The notes under the pieces were generated by a model. The model was not told where the DNA came from and ran no database searches. It saw only the letters and a program-made list of their open reading frames with translations. The position numbers were made by a program, and so were the translations under genes. Below, piece by piece: positions 27,888 through 36,882 of a DNA stretch of 64,000 nt. Positions within the stretch are counted from its first letter, which is position 1; every line of letters starts with the position of its first letter. The stretch lies in IMG/VR virus record IMGVR_UViG_3300038441_001119, positions 62,001-126,000 of that record, one strand, 5' to 3'.

Positions 27888-28676
27888 TTAGCCCGGACGA
27901 TTGGCTTGGGCGTGGCGGCGGCTGTTTGCAGCAGCACGCATGGCCTCGACGGTTTCTCGGCACATTTCTTTGTGCTCTTCCGAGTGTCGGGTCCAGTAGC
28001 CACCACCGCTGCCTGCGTGGATGATCTGCTTGGCGTAGGCTTCCCGTTCTTCAACGGAATTGCCGTGACCAGCAGCGATATGATCCACCCAAAGGACACC
28101 GGCATGCTGCAGCTTCTGCATGACCTGAATGTGCCCATCGGAACCGTTGCCAAAACTTGCGACCGCGTATGGTGTGATCGGTTTTGGTTGTTGGTCCCAG
28201 CGTCCGAATGATGCCGTCAACGAAGAGGAGGAAGCACGCTCGAACTTGCGTTCAAAGTAGGAAACGGCGAGAGCCAGATCCGTACCGCGTTTCTCCATTT
28301 CCTCAGGGGTAAGCAGCTGATAACAGACCCGCATGATCGTGGCGTTCTCAGGCCACTCACTCACGGGCAGGTCCTTTTCACGACCTTTGTACTTGCGCAT
28401 ATCTCCGCTACCCATCACTTTGATAATATGCATCTCGCGTTCGATAGGCATACTAATAAATTTCGGGTGCAGAATTCCATCTTTGACCCCACCGAAGAGT
28501 TCGATGGCACCGACGAGGCCACGGCGGACAGGGTAGAACCCGGTCAGGCGTACATTGACTTTGGATTGCTCAACCATTGGCGGGTTGAGTTCTCCGAAAA
28601 GTCCTTGATGGATGGCTTTGACGGATGCCTCGGTTTCGTGAGGTGCTGCAGGGGTTTCGTTCTTATGGTCGGACAT
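27888..28676 (-). CDS. hypothetical protein
   Basis: 262 aa, downstream of promoter motif copy 5. Confidence 0.7.
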   Translation of the reverse strand: MSDHKNETPAAPHETEASVKAIHQGLFGELNPPMVEQSKVNVRLTGFYPVRRGLVGAIELFGGVKDGILHPKFISMPIEREMHIIKVMGSGDMRKYKGREKDLPVSEWPENATIMRVCYQLLTPEEMEKRGTDLALAVSYFERKFERASSSSLTASFGRWDQQPKPITPYAVASFGNGSDGHIQVMQKLQHAGVLWVDHIAAGHGNSVEEREAYAKQIIHAGSGGGYWTRHSEEHKEMCRETVEAMRAAANSRRHAQANRPG

Positions 28677-28709
28677 GGTATGCTGTGTGTGAGAAAGAGT
28701 GTATCTCTT

Positions 28710-28745
28710 TCCAAATTTATATAGCGCAAAATCAGGGGGTATTGC
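28710..28745 (-). promoter_or_regulatory. bipartite promoter motif, copy 5
   Basis: GCAA-N14-GCGCTATATA-AATT-TGGA + GAAAGAG/CTCTTTC hairpin. Confidence 0.65.
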
Positions 28746-28806
28746 GGAAGGGGTTACGGTGCGCCAAACCGTAGCCCCTTCCTTGAATTATGCCAGAATG
28801 CCGATG

Positions 28807-28980
28807 TTATACCTTTGCGAGCTGTGCGAGACGCTTGTCACGCTCCCGTGCAATCCGACGTTTCGACTTTGCGGAGACGAATTCGTAGGTTTTGACTTTG
28901 GCGAAGATAGCCTCCACTTCTGCGGGGGTACTTGCTTCTTGGATTTGCTTGCGGGTGCTCTTTGAATGGGTGTTGGACAT
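28807..28980 (-). CDS. 57-aa basic protein (below ORF-track cutoff)
   Basis: MSNTHSKSTRK..RLAQLAKV. Confidence 0.5.
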   Translation of the reverse strand: MSNTHSKSTRKQIQEASTPAEVEAIFAKVKTYEFVSAKSKRRIARERDKRLAQLAKV

Positions 28981-29021
28981 GAGTCAGGAATGTAAGGGTC
29001 AGTTATGTATGGAAGACAAAA

Positions 29022-30686
29022 TCACAGGCTTTGAAGGTACTGCCCGATGGCAGCTGCATTCTTGCCCATGATCGGACTGTTCTTCGTGTCGTACATTACC
29101 GTTTGCTGGATGAAGCGGAGAGCTTCTTCAGCGCCTTTGCGGAGATGCTTGTTCTCAGAATCGGAATGCAGCGTAAGCATGCGGTCGATCATGAGACGAG
29201 ATTGATCTGAAGGCTTATTCAGCTGCGGCAGACTGTTGAGGGTCATTGCAATGTCCTTGTGGGTAGCGACACCCACTTCTGGAAGAACATTGATCATGTG
29301 CTGCAAACCAGAGATGGCTTCGTAACGCGACAGGGAAAAGCGCGACGACACTTCGAGGAAGAGGTGTGGAATCTTCCAGTCGGCGGAATTGATAGCTTCG
29401 TTGTTGTCAACGTCGGTATCAATAGTCGTCGCCGAATCTGTTCCAATAGGCTTCCCATTGCGAGTAATCATCGATTCCGAGATCCCCGTCACGATAGTCT
29501 TTGGGCGAGCGGGCACGCCACCCGCGCCTCCGGAAGGATAGGATGAACCATGACCACTGTAAGTCGTTCCTCCACTATAGCGACCACCTTGGCCTCCTCC
29601 GTAGTAGTTGCCACCACCATGATGGCTGGAATAGTTTGACTTTACTTCGGTGATACAGTCTTTCCACTCTTCGGGGAAGCCCTCGTCCTTGATGTGGGTT
29701 ACCCAGTGCAACGACAGCTTCTCGCGGACTTCCGCAGGAAGGGAGGCATCCCAACCGGGAACTGCGATGATGTGACCGAAGTCCTTCACCGGTACCAGCT
29801 CGGAGTTCGCAGGCAGAACGCGGTTACCTTGGTTGTCATACTCCGCAGACATCTTCACCCGGATACGGGCATGGATGTCGATAGGATACACAGCCATCTT
29901 GCCGACGGTGATATGGAAGCCCTGCTTGGTCGTCTCGTCGTCCTTGTCGGTCGCAGAGTCGAAAGCGCCCATATGAACGTGGTTGTGGGTTGTACCGTGC
30001 CAGTCACCGGAGTTGACGCCAAACTGCTCACGCAGCTTTGCGAACACTTCAAGGTTCTCCTCGGTCTCGTAATCCACCTTGACCGTCATTGCTCCACGTG
30101 TGATGCGCTGATGGAATGGGAAGTGGATGTATGCACCAGCCTCAGTGAGAAGGTGCGAGATGTGGGTCTCGGCGTTGTAGGTCTTGACCGACCAGATGTG
30201 GTACGCCACGATCTGTTTCCAGTCGTCGTACGTGATCTTCGGAGCGAGGATCTTCAGCTCCGGAGCTGCTGATTCCATGTTGAAACCAGCCGGTGGCGTT
30301 TCAGTCCACCCACGGAAGAACCTGTTTTCACGCGGAGCATAGAGCTTGCTGCCGCTGATCCGCAGACCACCTGCAGGCATTGCGACCTGTACGTACCGTG
30401 GATCCTCTTCTTCTGGGGCTGGTTCGGACGTAACAGTGATTACCGGTTGCTTGGCAACTGCAGCCGTTGAGGCTCCTGCTGTCGGCGGTACCATCGGGTT
30501 GACGCGCACTGGTTCTTCCGGGTTACTGAGGTCTGCGTTGGCAATGGCTTCGTCAACAGTTCGATTGGTGTTGTTACCCTTACCTCCTCCGCGAGGACCA
30601 CCTTGGTTCCGTTTGGACTTGTCGATGGTCTGGCCTTGCCCGCCCTTTCGGTTGGACCCTCCTTTGTTGTGATTGGTTTTGGCCAT
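29022..30686 (-). CDS. JAB/MPN+ metalloprotease-domain protein (Prok-JAB, PRTRC protein A-like)
   Basis: upstream AETH, GTTHNHVHMGAFDSATDKDDE (HxH-x7-S-x2-D), GFHITVG; start MAKTN. Confidence 0.8.
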   Translation of the reverse strand: MAKTNHNKGGSNRKGGQGQTIDKSKRNQGGPRGGGKGNNTNRTVDEAIANADLSNPEEPVRVNPMVPPTAGASTAAVAKQPVITVTSEPAPEEEDPRYVQVAMPAGGLRISGSKLYAPRENRFFRGWTETPPAGFNMESAAPELKILAPKITYDDWKQIVAYHIWSVKTYNAETHISHLLTEAGAYIHFPFHQRITRGAMTVKVDYETEENLEVFAKLREQFGVNSGDWHGTTHNHVHMGAFDSATDKDDETTKQGFHITVGKMAVYPIDIHARIRVKMSAEYDNQGNRVLPANSELVPVKDFGHIIAVPGWDASLPAEVREKLSLHWVTHIKDEGFPEEWKDCITEVKSNYSSHHGGGNYYGGGQGGRYSGGTTYSGHGSSYPSGGAGGVPARPKTIVTGISESMITRNGKPIGTDSATTIDTDVDNNEAINSADWKIPHLFLEVSSRFSLSRYEAISGLQHMINVLPEVGVATHKDIAMTLNSLPQLNKPSDQSRLMIDRMLTLHSDSENKHLRKGAEEALRFIQQTVMYDTKNSPIMGKNAAAIGQYLQSL

Positions 30687-30690
30687 GGTA

Positions 30691-32121
30691 TTAGATGAAC
30701 TGCGGAGTAAGCTGATCGGGTTTGAAGGTATTGATTGCCAGAATTTTGCTATGAGCTTTCTCAAAGGCTACGATAGGTTGAGGATCTTTCGGATGTGCGG
30801 CAGCTGCAAATTCCGCGAAATGCTTCGCAGCAGTTGCATCACGCAGGTGTATCCCTGCATGAGAGTTGTCACCAGTAGCACTGATGGTCGAGGTGAATGA
30901 CGTGGGACTCACGTTCTTGGAAGTGTGCGTAGGGAAGTACATCACACCATAGAAGAACGGGCCGTCGATCCACTGATTGAAGAACTCCTGTGCGTAACCC
31001 CAGAGGGCTTCGGCGTTCAGGATGTCTCCGGGCATCTTGTTGATCGCAGTACTGTTTTGAGCCGTGAGGATCGAAAGCTGATACGAACTGTCATACGGAG
31101 CACGTTGAACGCTGCGAATCCTGATGGCACCACGAGTAGTACCCTCTTGGGAGAGAGGGCCGCCCAGCATCTTCTCGATACCGACGCGTGTGGCTTCTTG
31201 GAAAGTCGCAGCACCACCTGCAGAGGGTACAACGAGGTACGATACCGACAGCGAGACCATCTTGGGCTTGAACGCAGGTGCGTCCCAGATGGACCGCGCC
31301 ATGTTCTTGTTGATAGTCATCTGTGAAACACCGCCTCCAACATCCCCAAACAGAGTGGAGAGACGCTGAGAACCAGCGATGGAGTGAGTGATACCAGCGA
31401 GAGGTGAGTTCTCGAAGATGAAGATCGGACGCAGCAGGGCGACGATAAACTTCCGTGAATCCGCCGGACCATAGTAGACACCGTTGGTAACAGGGATGGT
31501 TGCCTGAATGCAGTCAGCGATAGCCATCTTGGTCTCGCTGTTGCGGAGGGCCAGAATATGAGAGATATCCTGCAGAATGTGGGCTGGAGCACCCAGACGA
31601 GCGCGACCTTGGTCACCCCCACCTGTACTGGCAGAATTCTTCAGCATTCGCAGCATGTTCTTGTTAGCGTCCTCCTTTCTACGCAAGAACGAGAATTTTG
31701 GAGATTCGTAAACTTCCATGAGATCTTTGTGGGTGATCTCATCGAACTTCGTATTCATGAATGCGGCAGCAGCTGGTTCCCAGCTTTGCTGAATCATGCG
31801 GGCGACAACCTTGGAACGGAAGTCAGCGCCGTAGGCAGTAGGCTCTGGGACAAACGCAGGGATGTCTGCAAGGGGAATACCTTGGATGGCGTCGGTAGTC
31901 GAGGTAGTCCACGTGCCGCTGCTGAAGGTCAGGAGACGAACAGGCGACCCACTAGAACCGACGATTGTCGAGGTTACCGGGGGAGTCGGGATCGAGAACT
32001 GCCAAGCTGGAGCTGGAGTGGCTGGAGGTGGCGGAGTTTCGACTGCTGCAGCGGCTGGGGCCTTGTCCTTTTTGGCTGCAGTTTTGGTTACCCTCTTGGT
32101 GGCTTTCTTGGTAGTACTCAC
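30691..32121 (-). CDS. hypothetical protein inside the Ubl operon
   Basis: 476 aa, overlaps the E1 stop; no recognised domain. Confidence 0.75.
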   Translation of the reverse strand: MSTTKKATKRVTKTAAKKDKAPAAAAVETPPPPATPAPAWQFSIPTPPVTSTIVGSSGSPVRLLTFSSGTWTTSTTDAIQGIPLADIPAFVPEPTAYGADFRSKVVARMIQQSWEPAAAAFMNTKFDEITHKDLMEVYESPKFSFLRRKEDANKNMLRMLKNSASTGGGDQGRARLGAPAHILQDISHILALRNSETKMAIADCIQATIPVTNGVYYGPADSRKFIVALLRPIFIFENSPLAGITHSIAGSQRLSTLFGDVGGGVSQMTINKNMARSIWDAPAFKPKMVSLSVSYLVVPSAGGAATFQEATRVGIEKMLGGPLSQEGTTRGAIRIRSVQRAPYDSSYQLSILTAQNSTAINKMPGDILNAEALWGYAQEFFNQWIDGPFFYGVMYFPTHTSKNVSPTSFTSTISATGDNSHAGIHLRDATAAKHFAEFAAAAHPKDPQPIVAFEKAHSKILAINTFKPDQLTPQFI

Positions 32122-32837
32122 GTCAGTTTCACTTCAGTTGCTTCTTCATGCACTTCCGCTTTCGGGGCTTCCATTGGAATATCCTTGAAGCGGACACTGG
32201 TGACACCGTTGCGGGTGCCCTTGATTTCTGCTGGCACATTCTCCAGACTTGCGCAACGCTGCAGAGCATTGAACAGCCAGAGCATGAAGCTACCAGCGTT
32301 GTGGTTGGCAATCGGCAGTTGAGGTGCTGACTCGATTGCTTCGACGGTATTGCAGCTTTCGCCGGGGCCACGACCATCAGGGACGATGTTGTGGCGCACG
32401 TATGGGTCGCGATAGGTATCACCCCATTCCGGTATGAATAGGTATGCCTCGGGGTCTTCTTCTTCATTGGCACCCCAGATGATCGGGATGTCCATGCGTT
32501 CCGCGATCTTTTTCGCGTAGCAGCGTGCGTCGTGGTTGTCGACAGCCACGAACAGAATCTTGACATCGTCAGGAAGCTCGGTCATGTCGGAGATATAGGT
32601 CTCCATGCATGTGATCTTCTTGTCGGTGAACTTATCGTACATCGAGGCGTAGACTTTCGCCTTGTTTTCCGAGTCACCAAAGTGTGCGCCGATTTGACGA
32701 AGAGTATTCTTCTTCTCAAACTTGTCGCCATCGATGAGGAGCAGGTTGTGCGTCATCATGAGGGCGGGCAGGATGTGGGAGGTGACTCCTCCACAACCGA
32801 TAATGGCGATTGTATCAAAGGATCGTTCGATCTTCAT
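32118..32837 (-). CDS. E1/ThiF-family adenylating enzyme
   Basis: IIGCGGVTS, IDGDKFEKKNTLRQ, NKAKV, AVDNHDAR, ESC..PQLPIAN putative catalytic Cys. Confidence 0.88.
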   Translation of the reverse strand: MKIERSFDTIAIIGCGGVTSHILPALMMTHNLLLIDGDKFEKKNTLRQIGAHFGDSENKAKVYASMYDKFTDKKITCMETYISDMTELPDDVKILFVAVDNHDARCYAKKIAERMDIPIIWGANEEEDPEAYLFIPEWGDTYRDPYVRHNIVPDGRGPGESCNTVEAIESAPQLPIANHNAGSFMLWLFNALQRCASLENVPAEIKGTRNGVTSVRFKDIPMEAPKAEVHEEATEVKLT

Positions 32838-32846
32838 GAGTGGGTG

Positions 32847-33062
32847 TTACAGAGACTTGGACTGGTAGGTGGGGTTGTGTTTAGCAAAGATATCCCCGAG
32901 GATGCGGAGAGTTTTGCTAGGGATTTTGGGTGCTGGTTTCGGAGTCGTGAACTCCGTGATTCCTGCGGACAGGATATCAGCTGCGGCTTTGTCAGTGGGG
33001 GCTGCGCGGGCTTTAGCTGCTAGTGCGAGGAAGAAATCCCCGTCTTTTTTCTTAGCTGCCAT
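32847..33062 (-). CDS. small hypothetical protein inside the Ubl operon
   Basis: 71-aa ORF between E2-like and E1 genes. Confidence 0.55.
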   Translation of the reverse strand: MAAKKKDGDFFLALAAKARAAPTDKAAADILSAGITEFTTPKPAPKIPSKTLRILGDIFAKHNPTYQSKSL

Positions 33063-33065
33063 TTA

Positions 33066-34016
33066 TCAATCCCAGATAGGAGGGAGGGTTGCGGTGACCG
33101 TGCGAGCAATGGTTTTGGGGAACACAATGTGTAGATAGGGAGCAAGATCCCCTTCGTCAGCAATGCGTACTTCAGCGGTCATACCTGTCATCGTCTTGGA
33201 GACATCGAGGTTACCGGGAGATTCTTCGAGGTCGATGAAGACGTCGTTGAGACCGCGTGGTCCGAAAGCACCACGGGAAACCTGCGGGGACATACAGATG
33301 CGCCCGTCGTCGAAGATGTTATAAAGCGGAGGCTGATACAGGCGCTTGGTGGACTGCTCGACCATGTAGATGTACTGGGAGACATATCCCGGTTCACTGC
33401 GAGAACCAGCCTGCTCGGGATGGCTCTGACGTTGAACGAACATCACTTTGTCAAAGCCACACTCCTTGGCATTGATCGCGCACTTCCAGTTCATGGAGTT
33501 CTGGTTGAGATAGTGTCTGGAGTACTCCAGACCACCGCGATCCATATTGCTGGTGTATGGCTTGAACTTGATGGTTTTCGAAGCACCATCCCAGTAAGGA
33601 ACAAATGCACCGTTCCAAGTGCAGTAGTCCATGATCCAGATCTGCCAGATTTCACCGGCACGTTTCCACATCGACCATTTGATGTCTTGTGCGACACCAT
33701 CCACCTGAACCATCCGTTCAGTGGCCCTCATGATAGGTTCGAATGTGTCGCCACCAGTGATGTGCGAAGCGGCGATCTGTTCCACTTCCTCAATGGTGAT
33801 TTTGGCAAGGGTGAACTCACCGGGTTTGACCGATGGCATGAAGGCCATCATTGACGTTGCTGGTTTGTCCACTCCGATCACGAAACTACTCGCAGCAGGA
33901 CGCTGGATAGCTTCATAAACGATTGCATCGCCAGCAGGCGGTGCAGGTGGCGGACCTCCAGCGATATCAGCTGCGACTGCGGCAGCTTCTTCTTGTGGGG
34001 CAGCGGTTGCGCTCAT
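33066..34016 (-). CDS. prokaryotic E2-like protein (E2 family D / PRTRC protein B-like)
   Basis: LYQPPLYNIFDDGRICM matches the PxxNxxxxGxIC E2 active-site pattern. Confidence 0.7.
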   Translation of the reverse strand: MSATAAPQEEAAAVAADIAGGPPPAPPAGDAIVYEAIQRPAASSFVIGVDKPATSMMAFMPSVKPGEFTLAKITIEEVEQIAASHITGGDTFEPIMRATERMVQVDGVAQDIKWSMWKRAGEIWQIWIMDYCTWNGAFVPYWDGASKTIKFKPYTSNMDRGGLEYSRHYLNQNSMNWKCAINAKECGFDKVMFVQRQSHPEQAGSRSEPGYVSQYIYMVEQSTKRLYQPPLYNIFDDGRICMSPQVSRGAFGPRGLNDVFIDLEESPGNLDVSKTMTGMTAEVRIADEGDLAPYLHIVFPKTIARTVTATLPPIWD

Positions 34017-34032
34017 TTAGGGTGTTGTAGAT

Positions 34033-34078
34033 AAAAACAAAGAAAGAGGGGTGACACACGTTTCCGCATGTCACCCCC
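34033..34078 (-). terminator. intrinsic terminator between Ubl and E2 genes
   Basis: GGGGTGACA/TGTCACCCC stem + U-rich tract. Confidence 0.6.
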
Positions 34079-34123
34079 GCAGTTTGTTGCCACCTCCGAT
34101 ATGGACTATCAAAGGTAGCCCGT

Positions 34124-34154
34124 GAGTGAGGTTCAGTCTTCCCGAACCTCACTC
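34124..34154. other. stable hairpin right after the Ubl stop codon
   Basis: GAGTGAGGTTC/GAACCTCACTC 11-bp stem. Confidence 0.65.
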
Positions 34155-34161
34155 TGGATAA

Positions 34162-34611
34162 TTATGCCAATGCCTTGGACGAGGCGACGGTTTGGACAGT
34201 GATGACATCACCGGCCGAAAGCGTCACGTTGGATTCAGAGCCGTTGACGAACACGCGGATGTTCGAAGGAAGAGCGAAGTCCTCCTTGAACTGACGGTCG
34301 TTTTGAAGCGTAGAGGTGGTGGTGCCGTACGGGACGTAGAAGTCGCTGCGGTTGCCATTGACATGGACAATCACTTTGACACGTGCAGCTGCCTTGGACG
34401 AGGCAACGGTTTGCACTTCGACGATGTCCGAAGCGGCGAGTCGCTTGTCCGCAGTAGAACCGTTAACGATAATACGGATGTTCGAAGGAAGAGCGAAGTC
34501 CTCCTTGAACTGCCGATCACTGGCGAGAGCCGAGGCGTAGGTACCGGTTGGAACCCACCAGGTGTTGGTATTGCCGTTGATTTTGACTGCGATTTTGATG
34601 CGAGCTGCCAT
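34162..34611 (-). CDS. tandem di-ubiquitin-like (beta-grasp) protein
   Basis: Met + two 73-aa repeats (AAR..VQTVASSKA) + LA; hydrophobic strands, VNG motif and L..GD.(I/V) pattern typical of ThiS/MoaD/Ubl. Confidence 0.8.
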   Translation of the reverse strand: MAARIKIAVKINGNTNTWWVPTGTYASALASDRQFKEDFALPSNIRIIVNGSTADKRLAASDIVEVQTVASSKAAARVKVIVHVNGNRSDFYVPYGTTTSTLQNDRQFKEDFALPSNIRVFVNGSESNVTLSAGDVITVQTVASSKALA

Positions 34612-34760
34612 ATAGGTGGTTGTGTCTGTGTAGTGTGGTGTGCTCCTTGGAGCGGTATATATACAGACGCTCTCCCCTACAGGAGATGTTTTTAAAATGC
34701 CAACCACATGATGCCGAAAGTAATCCTAGAGGATTAAGTGCTTACGCACTCTATAGCAGC

Positions 34761-35207
34761 TTAGGCAGCAACCTTTGGAGTAAGGTCGATGAACTGAGCG
34801 GCGGCGCCAATTCCATGGCTGGTGATGATTTCGCGAACACGTCGCTTGCCGCTAATGGAGAGACCGCGAACGGGGTTCCAGTAGTAGCCAGTGTCGTGTA
34901 GCTGCGTCAGATCCCGGAGGAATCCAACGGGAAGGTCTGCGACGGCGTGGTGCAGGTAGTGGCGGTATCGAGGCGACAGCAACGATTCAGCACCAAGACC
35001 TGAGCCATTCACACCGTCGGCCAACATCTGCTCAACGTCGGCGAATCGTCCAAGAGCGCAACACTCACCCTTCAGGTTGAAGAGTTTGTTAGGCACCCGA
35101 CGCTTGGTATCCGCACCGTAATGCGAGATGGTGTCGTCGAGGGCATGCGCCATACGATGGGATTGAGGAATTTCGGAGCTGTAGCAAGGGGCGAGATTTA
35201 GAGCCAT
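34761..35207 (-). CDS. hypothetical protein
   Basis: 148 aa; CCALGR and LTQLHD motifs. Confidence 0.7.
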   Translation of the reverse strand: MALNLAPCYSSEIPQSHRMAHALDDTISHYGADTKRRVPNKLFNLKGECCALGRFADVEQMLADGVNGSGLGAESLLSPRYRHYLHHAVADLPVGFLRDLTQLHDTGYYWNPVRGLSISGKRRVREIITSHGIGAAAQFIDLTPKVAA

Positions 35208-35332
35208 TCTCTTTTATTAGGTGATGGGGTTGTTACATCACCAGATGGACCCCGGAACTGTCCTTCTGATGTCTCCGACCAAAGGCACTGATCGTGACGA
35301 TAATATACCTGAATACCACAAGAAGGGTTATC

Positions 35333-35536
35333 TTAACCGAGGCTCAGCGTATAGCACACAACTCGGTAATTCGCAGGGTTGCGATTGTAGCGGCTCTTCT
35401 CTTGTCGAGCGAGGCTACGGGTCGGTTGTACGGACGCAATGGTACCGTTGTCTTTACGTAGAACAGCCCAGAGACGTTCTGGCTCTGGCAGGTTGTAGAT
35501 AGTACCTTCTTGTTTTTTGATGCTAGTGCTTTGCAT
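35333..35536 (-). CDS. hypothetical protein
   Basis: 67-aa ORF. Confidence 0.55.
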   Translation of the reverse strand: MQSTSIKKQEGTIYNLPEPERLWAVLRKDNGTIASVQPTRSLARQEKSRYNRNPANYRVVCYTLSLG

Positions 35537-35539
35537 TGT

Positions 35540-36322
35540 TTATGTTCCCAGTAACTCACACTGTCTCTCGAACGGGAGTGTCGAGAAAAGTGTGAAACCA
35601 GTTCCCATCGCTTCCACGGCTCGTGCCGCTTCAGACCCCGCTACTTGTCCTGACCGTAGCGGTTGGGCGAAACTTTTATCGGTGGTCCGGAAAATCAGAC
35701 CGTGCGGATCGAACGGAAGTCCGATGTCATCCGCCTCCTTTTTGGAGAAGACGACCTTGCTGAAACGCAAATCGTGATCTTGGATCAGTTTGATCTGCGT
35801 ACTTTCAGTAGACGCAACCAGAGAGAAATTGAGTGGGACCTTATCCCGGTTGTTCACCCAGTAGCCGAGGCTAGTAGTCTGGGCGTGGAACTTGACCTCA
35901 GGATGTTCGGATGCTGCTTTCATCCAAGCCTTGAAGTAGTTCTCTGAAAAGAAGTCGCCCGAATAATGGACGATCATTTCCTTTGCATCCTTGGGGATGT
36001 TATTGCTGATGATGCCAGCCATCTCATCAACCGAGTCTCCTGCTGCAGCGAGCACTGCATAGTTCCTCTGGCGTCGATTGTAGATGTGGGGCGCCAGTTC
36101 CATGACGGCGCTATAGCACGTAAACCTTTCACCTGACTCTAGTGCAAGGGTGGACACGATCTCTCCCTCTAGGCGCTGACTGTGCACCTTGGAGAGAGAA
36201 CCTACGCCGCGATATGGACAGGTCCAGCCAGCGGGTAGGGAGAAGGTCAGGACATTTTTATCGACGTATGGTGCTCCAGCTTCAAAGAAGAGGCTATCGT
36301 CGCACAGGGTGAGATCAATCAT
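35540..36322 (-). CDS. GP88-like (radical-SAM-related) phage protein
   Basis: FSLPAGWTCP, CYS, HYSGDFFS..YFKAW..HPEVKF motifs. Confidence 0.65.
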   Translation of the reverse strand: MIDLTLCDDSLFFEAGAPYVDKNVLTFSLPAGWTCPYRGVGSLSKVHSQRLEGEIVSTLALESGERFTCYSAVMELAPHIYNRRQRNYAVLAAAGDSVDEMAGIISNNIPKDAKEMIVHYSGDFFSENYFKAWMKAASEHPEVKFHAQTTSLGYWVNNRDKVPLNFSLVASTESTQIKLIQDHDLRFSKVVFSKKEADDIGLPFDPHGLIFRTTDKSFAQPLRSGQVAGSEAARAVEAMGTGFTLFSTLPFERQCELLGT

Positions 36323-36585
36323 GTGGTGAGAATAAAACTAGCTACGTACCCACGAACATGTGGTGGGCAGGCTTCCAGTCTTGGATATATCACCAATGAA
36401 GATTTGTCGTTTGCCGGTCGATAGAATACCACGGGAAGCTGCTGTTCCCTAAATGCCAAAAACGTCGAGGGGTTAACCTCGACGAGACGACAGTGTTCAG
36501 CGAGAGCATACCGACTACCCTCGCTTTTAACAAACTCTTCAATCTCTCGGTTAGAGATCTTGTTCGAGAATAATTTCCGTTTCAC
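36319..36585 (-). CDS. hypothetical protein
   Basis: coupled ORF. Confidence 0.6.
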   Translation of the reverse strand: MKRKLFSNKISNREIEEFVKSEGSRYALAEHCRLVEVNPSTFLAFREQQLPVVFYRPANDKSSLVIYPRLEACPPHVRGYVASFILTT

Positions 36586-36784
36586 TTCCGGCGTTGGTGA
36601 TCAGCGCAACGAACTCCATGTCTTTCGTTCGGTCGGCTGCATATTCGTCGGTAAGGTCCTCCTGAATCTCTTTAATGAACTTAGCCTCGGATGTGTTGTA
36701 CACACGGGTGACCGAGATGTATTGCTCATCGTCTACGAGGTAGTCAGGGAGACGGAAGATTGCTGTCGCTTTTTTGGTCATCAC
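36551..36784 (-). CDS. acidic hypothetical protein
   Basis: downstream of promoter motif copy 6. Confidence 0.6.
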   Translation of the reverse strand: MMTKKATAIFRLPDYLVDDEQYISVTRVYNTSEAKFIKEIQEDLTDEYAADRTKDMEFVALITNAGSETEIILEQDL

Positions 36785-36839
36785 TTAAAAAGGATTAACC
36801 AATGGGCGTAGACACATTGTTGTGACATATATGTTTACG

Positions 36840-36874
36840 CTCATTAGTATATAACACAAATACGCTTTTTTTGC
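36840..36874 (-). promoter_or_regulatory. bipartite promoter motif, copy 6
   Basis: GCAA-N13-GTGTTATATA-CTAA-TGAG + GCGTAAACA/TGTCTACGC hairpin. Confidence 0.65.
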
Positions 36875-36882
36875 CTATTTGC

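Noticed and set aside
32118-32837. ThiF/MoeB as a thiamine or molybdopterin biosynthesis enzyme
   Set aside because: No thiG/thiS-GG/moaE context; neighbours are E2-like and JAB genes.
8882-35374. Additional TATAGCA(C/G) hits at 8882, 34752 and 35350 as promoter copies
   Set aside because: They lack the correctly spaced GCAA element and/or the downstream TGAG.
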